DNA of 64,000 nt from positions 67,196-131,195 of the forward strand of contig NIVC01002898.1 of assembly GCA_002269645.1 (NCBI GenBank). The letters are read 5' to 3'. The notes below the pieces were generated by a model. It was not told the origin of the DNA. It did no database searches and saw only the letters and a program-made list of their open reading frames with translations. Source of the stretch: Macrostomum lignano (taxonomy: Eukaryota). A program made the position numbers and the translations under genes. Position 1 is the stretch's first letter, and the number at the start of each line of letters is the position of its first letter. Shown here in pieces: positions 1 through 10,200 of this stretch.

Positions 1-1416
1 GCTGTGCCAGTGCGCTAGGTCAAACTTAATAAATAGAATGGTTAATTAATGAAAACAACTATTAAATTGAAGGAGGCAGGGAATCAACAAAATAATAAGA
101 ACAAATGGGTTGGATGAAAATAAAAGGAAAGGGAGAGGTGGTCGTGGTGGTGGAGAGTGGTTGAGGAAAACAGGGCACAAAAAAGCGGCATAAATAATCA
201 AAAAGGGACACTGACAAACACTGGAAACAGATGTTGGGCAACAAAATTCACAGGATGGAATAGGCTAAAATATGTTGGGACACTGCACGGATAAACAAAA
301 TTCAACTTAGGGAACAACAAAAAACAGTGAAAGGATGCAACCAGGCCATGGAAGGAATGGGGAGCTGGGCAAACGATGGACAAAAATTGGGGTGAAAAGA
401 CAGCGGATGGGACGGTATATTATAGTTTTGATTGCACTTTAAATTATTAAAAATTAGGTTCAATCAATTACTTATAGCATCCCACCTGCCACAACATAGT
501 TAGAGCAAAAATTTTAGCAATGGTATATTAAATGGTACATTATTTTTAACAGAGTCCTCATTTCATGGAAATCAATGCACTGTTATTATTAGTCATATAA
601 TGCATAGACTAGATGCTTAGATAGAACTTGGTTGGTTGGTCATCTAGCAATTAGGACTGGTTAACAAGGGTAATTACCTTTATTGGACTTAAAATAGTAT
701 CTACCTATAGAGTGGCTGCTTGAGCTAGGCCTAACAAAATAGATAGTAATCTAAGGTGCTATCAATAGGTCTAAGAATACCTATTAATTTAAGCAAGTTG
801 AAAGCTTCAACATGATAGCTCTTCAAATAAGACCATATGCCTTAGTAGCCTTCAATCATTAGGGGTACCAACTAAACTGTGGAAACTGTATGCAGATAGG
901 CCTATAGAATGGATTACAATCATTTTGGTGACAAGACAATTCAGTGACAGTCGTTTTAGTGACAAGCAAAAGTTATTTCAATGACAAACAAAAGTCATTT
1001 TGGTGACAGGGCTAATTGTTACGTTGGGTAGCAGATTTAGAAACATTTATTTAAAAATAAAACTTATAAGTTTTTTCCTTATTTGAGGCCTTACTAAAAT
1101 GGTTTATCAGTTTTGTATTTCATTTTGTTTTTTTACTCTAATGCAGTTTGGTCAATACTTTGTATATGATATACATACCACATATTATACCCCCTCTGCA
1201 CCTTGGTTGGATAGTCATTACTAGAAAAGCATTAGACTGTCAACTGACACTTTGTCTCTGGGTCATACTGGTACACCCAGGTCTCATCCCGACTAACAAT
1301 GTCAAAAACTTTCCTTGATGCTCTGCCAGCAAATTCTCTTAGCATTTTCTCGCACCAGTCCACCCTGACCCATCTCTGCTCCTGTGACAGCAAATGAGGC
1401 ACCTATTGAGTGCATA

Positions 1417-1705
1417 CATACATGCGCAACGTCCAAAATTCGGTCGGCCGTGCGACTTAGTTTTAACAAAAATGCGACGTAGTTTTTGGCCAAAAATGCG
1501 ACTTACATGTAAAAAAACCCTAAAGCAAAATTAACGCAACTTTGGGTAAACGGCGGGAGTAACTATGACTGTCTTATCAGGCAAAAATGCCTCGTCAGCT
1601 ACTTAGTACTACTGCGTGGGTATTTTTTGGGTGGGCATTTTTTGCGACTTCCTTGGTTGGCTGCCAAATCAGTCGGCCGGATCGGCCGACTGTTGCGCAT
1701 GTATG
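1417..1705. mobile_element. 289-bp non-autonomous DNA transposon (MITE), hAT- or P-superfamily type
   Basis: Perfect 14-bp TIRs CATACATGCGCAAC (1417-1430) and GTTGCGCATGTATG (1692-1705). Perfect 8-bp TSD AGTGCATA at 1409-1416 and 1706-1713. GTCGGCCG occurs subterminally at both ends. Confidence 0.92.
1544..1607 (+). pseudogene. 64-nt fragment of 28S rRNA (helix 69 region; R2/Pokey/I-PpoI target region) inside the MITE
   Basis: GGGTAAACGGCGGGAGTAACTATGACT (27 nt) is identical to the conserved eukaryotic LSU sequence as recalled, followed by gTCTTA-tcaggcaa-AAATGCCTCGTCAgCTAcTTAGT. Match is 53/64 with no indels against GGGTAAACGGCGGGAGTAACTATGACTCTCTTAAGGTAGCCAAATGCCTCGTCATCTAATTAGT. Confidence 0.88.
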
Positions 1706-4253
1706 AGTGCATAGCTTCTGCATTGCAGACCCAGGTGTTCATATAGGATAAAGTGCACTTGCCCCGATCCAATGCCTAGTTGCAACTGTGACTTGTCATA
1801 GGTTATGTGCCTATTCTGGTTTACCAGTTGCTCAGCTTCATTGATGCTATGCTGGGTTATAGCTGTTGAGGGCCAACCACTGCAACCTTCATCATTCAGG
1901 CAGGTGCACTGCAAATAAAACTCGCAATACCAGTTATACATAGTTGCTTGAGATGGAGACTCATTAGGGAAGGTGGTTGCAAGCCAAGAAAAACATTTTG
2001 CTAGCATCAGGTTGCACTTGAAGTCATAGTATATCATTGCACAAAAATTGCGATTTTCAAGCTCCATGACTTTTAGCATAGGGTGCCTGCTTAATCAGAC
2101 TTTAACTCAGAGTTAGCTAAGTGAATGGCAACAAGACTTAACATGCAATAATGGCAAATAATTTAGTTAATAGGTGAATGCTGGCAAATAAAAAGTTTTA
2201 CTTTTTCCTTTCCATTCTAAAGACTTTTGGAGTGACCCTCATATAAACCAAGAAACTAGTCAATCTAGACTTGAACTATCTAGTTGAACTATTTAGAATC
2301 CAAACTTAAACTTTATACACTTGTGGTCTCTAGAAGTACATATGTATATTTCTTTTATATCTAGCAACAAAAATAACTTCAGACCTATTCAAATTTCTTG
2401 TTTTCTACTATGAGTAGAGTATCTCAAAGCAGCTTTACTTTTGATAACAGAGAAAATGATTTTCTATCATACCTAAAGGAAACAGTTGTAAAACTGCGGA
2501 TGGCGTCTGGTATGCTTTTGAAATTATTCCTAAAGTTCAGTGCATGGATAGGTATGCAGCACTTGTGCGCACACTGCCCTGTCTTGCTGGCTGCTGCTCT
2601 AGCAAATAAATATACATGTAAGATGGTCTAATACCTTTGTGGAAAAGTCTATACACTCGTAATTTCTCATATAATGCTTAGAATTTGGAATTTATAAGAA
2701 GTGAATTTCAATTTAAAAAAAATTGGAAATCAAAATTTTGGAATTGTGTAAGAGTAACTAAAAATCAACTAATTTTTTCTTTATATGCATGTATTTGTTT
2801 TGCATAAGTAGTAAATCAAGAGTAAAAAAGTGAGTTTTGGTCATATTAAACTTTGCTTTTCTGAATTTTGATTTTGGAAAATTTCAATTATGATTTTGAA
2901 AATTTAGTGAATTTTTATTTTGACAGAAAATGATTTCTAATAATCCTAAAGTGCAGTAAAATAATTTGACTTTCTAAAGCACGCATCTGCAGGTTTTTAG
3001 CACTTATTCCAATATTTAAATGAGAACAATTTATTTGAAAATAGGGCCTAAACAGAAACAGAAATAAAGCAGAAAATAAATCCATGTTATAACAGAACTA
3101 AATCTGGAGATTTTCTGCATCTGTTATTTATATTCACATTGATTCCACAAAATAGTAATCGACATCTATATCCACATTTTAGTATACAAATCCATTATGC
3201 ATCCATTTCCGCAGTTTAGTTTCTACCAATCATTAGGTGCCATGGCTAATTATAGCACATTTTCAATAGTGCAAATAGCCTTTAAATAGTCACTATCAAA
3301 TATTCTAAAATAGTTCCACAATCTAGACTTTGACTTATAAGGAACTGCATACCTTTTATTTTCTTTTTAAGACTTAGAATCTAAAGTAACTTCCCATGTT
3401 TTAAAAGCTACTAGAGTTAGATGCCATGTTGGTATTATTTTCTTATGATTTTGAGTTGCTTAGAATTAGACAAGAAATAAAGCAAGGGAATGTACCTGAA
3501 AAAAAGAATATAAATAAATAAAAAACAAGAAACAGCATGTTAGAATTCTGCAATCATTTTACTAAATAACCAAACTAAAACTTCATTTTTGTTTTTTCTA
3601 GTCATGATCCTATTGGAATACAATTTCAAATCCTGCAGACATGGCACATGTTTATAAACATTATGCTTAGGTGTGGTAAATGTTATATATAAATATAACT
3701 AATTTTGCAGTAGTGCAACATGGCACCAAAATTCCACAACTTTGTGTCGCAGATAGTTGTACACTATGTGCAGTTATTCCAATAGAGGTCATGATAAGAA
3801 AAGAACTAGAATAGTGTTTAAATATAATTTTTTAATGTTAAAATTTAAGAATAAAATCAATATCATACATGCAAGTTAGATAAAGCAATGCTAATATCAA
3901 ATAGGTTATCCAAAAAAACAAAATGCAAAAGGGTCATTCCACGATAGGGTCCCATCATGTTTTTGAACTTTAAGCACTTGTTACTTTTGAATCATAATAG
4001 ATAGAACATAGCTGCTTATGAATTCTAAAACAACTGAACACATAGCAGAGCATAAACTATGCTGATGGTCGTTTGGTAACTTTTTACGTTAGTAATGGCA
4101 CACTGCCACACATAACATTAAGAAACATCATCACAATGTTATGATTCAGAAGAGTTGGCATAACATTTTCAGTGCAAAACTCTCACCCAAACTGATTAAG
4201 TGAAAGAAATCATCAGTTTTTATCTAGCCCCAGGGTAAGCAATCAAAGTAGCT

Positions 4254-7200
4254 ATGCGTCGAACTCGCTGTTCAGTGCGTTTCTGCGAAGAGCGAGCCAA
4301 CTGTGACACTGACCAAGCCATCGCTAGCGTGCGCTGCGACCAGTGCGGCTCCGACCAATGCGTCAGATGTGACGAGGCCATACACAGCGCAACCAGGTTG
4401 TCCCAACACGATCGGGTAGCCATACCCGAACCAGACAGCGCCGAATTGTGCCAACACGTTGGCTGCCGACGTGCTGTTAACTATGCCGACGTGTACTGTA
4501 CTATTTGTCAGAGAAATTTCTGCTACGATTGCGACGCTAAAGAGCACAAGCAGGCTGGCCGGTCGCATTCTAGGAAATCGTTTGCTCAGCGCCGTGCCGA
4601 TTTAGCCCTGCTAGAGACCGACAATATTGGCGTTGTTGCTGCGCCTACTGCTACTAATAGTAATAGGTTCAGTAGCAACAGTCCGCCGAGTAGACTGGGC
4701 ACCGAGCCAGAGCCAGATGATGACGAATTTAGTGACGCTGGGGAAATGAATTCAACTAATGCTGATGGTGTCGATAAATTCTATAGTTTGTCAGCCCCTG
4801 TTGCTGGGACTATTATTACTGATCAGCCTGCTAGGTAAGGCTTGCACCGTTTTCCTATGGGCCTGCATTTATGTCTTCCGGAATTGCCCTGCCTCTCCCT
4901 TCAGATTCCAAAAATCACCCCATCACATCCCCAGAATCACCCCCTCACATCCCCAGAACCACCCCTCAGATACCCAGATTCGCCACCCCTCACATCCCCA
5001 GAACCACCCCTCAGATACCCAGAATCGACACCCCCAGATCCCCAGATTCGCCACCCCTCACATCCCCAGAATCACCCCTCAGATCCCCAGAATCCCGCTC
5101 TGAGATCCCCAGAATCCCGCTCTGAGATCCCCAGAATCCCGCTCTGAGATCCAAAGAATGGCCCCATAAATCTCCAGAATCGCCCCATTAAATCCCCAGC
5201 ATTGCCCCATCAAATCTCCAAAATTGCCCTATCAAATCCCCAGAATCGCCCCATCAAATCATTAGAATCCCTTTCTCGCTTCACAAGAACCCCCGAGCTC
5301 TAGATAATATTTTTTAAAGAAATTAAACCTCTTCAAAATTTTGAACGCAACGCAGAACGTCTTGGTCGCGCCAGTCGCCGCCCCAACACGACACCACCCC
5401 GTCGCCGCCGCCGCTCCCGGCTCCGATCGCCGCTCGACTGATCGACTCTCGCGAGCGCCTCCTAGTTGATAGCGGCGCCAAGCTGTGCGACCTGCTCGAC
5501 TGTCCCGAGGTCAATTTCCGACGCTTGCCTGTCGTGTCAATTGTTGGCAAAACTGGAGACGGCAAATCGCACACGCTTAACTTTGCCTTCTTCAACGGGT
5601 CCAGCGTGTTTCACACATCGGACGATCCGCTGTCCTGCACTGTGGGCGTCTGGGCCGCGCTGGGACGGAATAGGCAGTGTCTACTGTTGGATACAGAGGG
5701 CCTGCAGGGTGCCGCTACCTCCGTGGCTTGCAGGTGAATTGTTGGATTCAATGTACATTAATGACTAGAATGGGTCACCCTCCTAGAGTCCCAGATGCTC
5801 AGTTGCTGGGCCAGCCTCCCAGATTCTCAGTTGCTGGGCCAGCCTCCCAGATTCTCAGTTGCTGGGCCAGCCTCCAAGATTCTCAGTTGCTGGGCCAGTC
5901 TCCCACAGTGTCAGTTGCTGGGCCAGCCTCCCAGATTCTCAGTTGGTGGGCCAGCCTCCCAGATTCTCAGTTGCTGGGCCAGCCTCCCAGATTCTCAGTT
6001 GCTGGGCCAGCCTCCCAGATCCTCAGTTGCTGGGCCAGCCTCCCAGATCCTCAGTTGCTGGGCCAGCCTCCAAGATTCTCAGTTGCTGGGCCAGTCTCCC
6101 ACAGTGTCAGTTGCTGGGCCAGCCTCCCAGATTCTCAGTTGGTGGGCCAGCCTCCCAGATGCTCAGTTGCTGGGCCAGCCTCCCAGATTCTCAGTTGCTG
6201 GGCCAGCCTCCCAGATGCTCAGTTGCTGGGCCAGCCTCCCAGATTCTCAGTTGCTGGGCCAGCCTCCCAGATTCTCAGTTGCTGGGCCAGTCTCCCACAG
6301 TGTCAGTTGCTGGGCCAGCCTCCCAGATTCTCAGTTGGTGGGCCAGCCTCCCAGATCCTCAGTTGCTGGGCCAGCCTCACAGATCCTCAGTTGCTGGGCC
6401 AGCCTCCCAGATCCTCAGTTGCTGGGCCAGCCTCCCAGATCCTCAGTTGCTTGGTCATTCACCTCTCTCCATCCCTAACAAAAATCCCGCAGACAAGTGT
6501 CGCTGCTCCTAAAGGTGCTGGCCATCAGCGACATAGTGATCTACCGGGCCCGCTGCGAGCGCCTTCAAGACGACGCTTTCGCCTTTCTAAGCGATGCCAG
6601 CCGCGCATTTGTCGACGTTCTTCGCCCGGCGTTGATAGAAAAATCTGGCAATCGTTCCGGCGCCTACGACGACTGCGAGGCCGAAGGAGAAGAAGTTGAC
6701 GAAGAGGACACCCGACCGGCCTTGCTGGTGTTTCACGAGACTCGGCACACTCGCACACTTGGCGCTGACCGCGGCGACGGCAAGGAAGACGAGGATGACA
6801 GCGGCGGAGAGGCTTTTCGGTGAGGCTTCAATAAAGTTTAGAATGCTCTAAACTTGTTAATAATTGTTAATAATCCCCAAATTTCGTTTTGGTTAATGGT
6901 TAGGAGTCAGGACGTAATCTAAGGATAATTCCTAACCTGGAGATGATCTCCAACCTAGAGATAATCCCAATCTACAGATAATACCAACCTAGAGATAATA
7001 CCAACCTATAGATAATCCCTAACCTAGAGATAATCCCTAACCTAGAGATAATCCCAACCTAGAGATAATCCCAACCTAGAGATAATCCCAACCTAGAGAT
7101 AATCCCAACCTAGAGATAATCCCAACCTAGCGATAATCATAACCTAGAGATAATCCCTAACCTAGAGATAATCCCAACCTAGAGATAATCATAACCTAGA

Positions 7201-10200
7201 GATAATCCCAACCTAGAGATAATCCTAACCTAGAGATAATCTCAACCTACAGATTATCCAAACCTTGAGATTAACCTTACGATAATCCTTAATCTTAAGA
7301 TGATTCTTAATCTACGTTTAGATAAAATCATTTATCTGGAGTTAGCCCTAATCCGAGAATAATTCCATCGCTATTCGCTAATCACACCCAAAATACAATC
7401 CTCAACCTGGACGTAATCCCTTTATTAAAGAGAATCCCCAGGAATCTCCATCCTTATTTTGAATAAATCCCATGAATTCATTTTTATCCAGCCGCCGCTA
7501 CGCCGAACTCGGCTGCCATTCGGACGGTTTTAGTCGACTTGACTATGTCGGCGTTCGCTCCTCGGACAGCGGTGCCGGCGGCACCAATTTCGAGCCGCTG
7601 CGTCATCGAATCGACCGCCTCCTGGCCAGCAGGCGCGGCCGGAAACCCGACGGAGTTGTCAAGCGTCTTCGCCTGCTGTCCGAGCGGTTCAAAGCTGATG
7701 CTAGTCGAGCCAGCCTGCCCGACACTGCCGATGTCGATATGGACGAGTCGGTCGACTCGGCTGCTGAAGAATACGCCGACGCTGAGAATTTTGTAGCCGC
7801 GCCCGGGCCCCAGCCTGCCGAGTATTTCACCTGCCAGGTTGGTTGGCTAGCATCTCTCTGTACTGCCTTGCTCTCCCTGCCGTAATAATGTAGAATTCCA
7901 ATTATAGGCGCTAGGCGGCACCGGTTGCTGAGTTCTCACTTGTTTGTCAACTGGTCCTAACCTCACCTGGACCTCACCTGTAGATATACACGTAGACACG
8001 AAGCTCTATTTCTTGGTCATTAAGTAGCCAGGTTATGTTCTGGTCATTAAGTAGCCAGGTTATGTTCTGTTCATTAAGTAGCCAGGCTACCATCTGGTCA
8101 TTAGTAGCCTGGTCATTAAGTAGCCAGGTTATGTTCTGGTCATTAAGTAGCCAGGTTATGTTCTGTTCATTAAGTAGCCAGGCTACCATCTGGTCATTAG
8201 TAGCCTGGTCATTAAGTGGCCAGGTTATGTTCTGGTCATTAAGTAGCCAGGCTACCATCTGGTCATTAGTAGCCTGGTCATTAATTAGCCAGGTTATGTT
8301 CTGTTCATTAAGTAGCCAGGCTACCTTCTGGTCATTAGTAGCGTGGTCATTACATGTAAGTAGCCAGGTTATGTTCTGTTCATAGCCAGGCTACCATCTG
8401 GTCATTAGTAGCCTGGTCATTAAGTGGCCAGGTTATGTTCTGGTCATTAAGTAGCCAGGCTACCATCTGGTCATTAGTAGCCTGGTCATTAAGTGGCCAG
8501 GTTATGTTCTGGTCATTAAGTAGCCAGGCTACCATCTGGTCATTAGTAGCCTGGTCATTAAGTAGCCAGGTTGGTTATGTTCTGGTCATTAGTAGCCTGG
8601 TCATTAAGTAGCCAGGTTATGTTCTGGTCATTAGTAGCCTGGTCATTAAGTAGCCAGGTTATGTTCTGGTCATTAGTAGCCTGGTCATTAAGTAGCCAGG
8701 TTATGTTCTGGTCATTAGTAGCCTGGTCATTTAGTAGCCAGGTTATGTTCTGGTCATTAGTAGCCTGGTCATTTAGTAGCCAGGTTAGGGAGTACGAGAT
8801 TTGCTAGCCGAGGTTTGCTAGCCGAAATCTGCTAGCCGAAATTTGCTGACCGAACTTCTTGCCACCGGTGTCAGAAGATTGCTTGTTTTCTGGCAATGGT
8901 AATGCATGGTTTTAGTTAAAAAAAATCCAGAGAAGTGGGTAAAAATCCCAAATATTCTATATAACTAAAAGCATCAGCATCAGTTCAAGTGCTTGGAAAG
9001 TCAGTTTGTCATTGTGGGGGGATAGAATTCCTTACTAAACTGTCATGGCTAAACATTAGCAGAGAAGGCTATAAAAAGTCTCTAGCTAATAAAACTTCCT
9101 GAGTTCGGCTAGCCAAATTGCTGCTTAATTACCGGTTTTGGTTGGATTCTCACTAGCAGATTTCGGCAAGCTAAATCCTCGCTAGCAAAATTCCTGCTAG
9201 CAAACTTCGGCTAGCAGATTTCGGCTAGCAAACCTCGGCTAGCAAACTTCGGCTAGCAGATTTCGGCTAGCAGATTTCGGCTAGCAAACCTCGGCTAGCA
9301 GATTTCCTGCTAGCAAATTTCATCGACCCGCCAGGTAATGTTCTGATCATTAGTATATAGAATGGTTTCTGGTCATTAACCATGGTGACTCTGTAATGTT
9401 AGTAGTCAGCCTGTTCAATATTTTAGTCATTTTTAAGGTCATTGAGGTATTCCTGTTTTGTGTCCTTGAACTGCTTGCGTATTACCGGGTATTTTGTTTG
9501 CTCATCAAAGAAAAAAACTTTCCCCAACTCGCAGACCCGCTGCCTGAGCTGTCAGGCAAAGTGCAGCCAAGCCCAAGGTCACGCTGGAGGTCACGCGATT
9601 CGTTCGGCCGGTCCAGGCGCCGCCGCCACAGCCGAGTGCCGGCAATATGCCCAGCTAGATAACCGTCAGTACATTTGTTTGAGCTGCGAACGGACCCGGG
9701 GCAAACGCAGCGTAGCCGCCTACATCCTAGAGTCCGGTTTGACCAGCTACGCTTTGCATGGCTACGCTTTGACCTGTTCTCTATGCGGCGTATTGCAGCG
9801 CAGTCGGCAGTATTGGTACGGCAATCAGGATCCGATTGAGGCTGGCCTGGTGCGAGCCGAGTTCGTTCACGTCTGGCCTAACGGAGAAGCGGTTAGTGTG
9901 TTGTTTGTATTAGCTTTTGGGCTGATTAGTACCGCTCTTAAAGTACATTTGGGGATTATTTTAAAGTATATTTAGTGAGCGTTTAAAAGTATATAAAGTA
10001 TTTAAAGTACATTTGGCAATTATTTCAAAGTACATTTGGCAAGTATTTTAAAGTTACATTTAACAAGTAATTAAAAGTACATTCAGTGTACATTTAAGTA
10101 CTTACTAATAGTACACTTGGCTTATATAATTTTACGGACTCCTTAAAGTACATTGAAGCACACTCTTTAAATTACATTTAATTTTATTTCTTTTTACTCC

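Larger units (their letters stand above)
1191..2243 (-). mobile_element. Decayed mariner (Tc1/mariner) transposon, 3'-truncated, interrupted by a MITE at 1417-1705
   Basis: ORF 1669-2079 encodes a mariner N-terminal HTH region (AMIYYDFKCNL...SPSQATMYNWYCEF...SGWPSTAIT...ILYEHLG). Removing the MITE and one TSD copy restores KLCTQ*VPHLLSQEQR...DIVSRDETWVYQYDPETK (WVPH motif with W->stop, first catalytic D). A mariner-type TIR TATGAGGGTCACTCCAAAAGTC lies on the - strand at about 2243-2220, flanked by TA. Confidence 0.9.

Noticed and set aside
1544-1607. A functional rRNA gene or rDNA unit
   Set aside because: Only 64 nt match, inside a MITE, with a helix-69 stem mismatch and no adjoining rDNA.
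5677-6699. Repetitive ORFs in introns (also 7974-8807, 28087-29309, 35726-36309, 37932-38584, 40252-40821, 60239-60925)
   Set aside because: They lie within introns defined by conserved flanking exons, or in microsatellite, and derive from tandem repeats.
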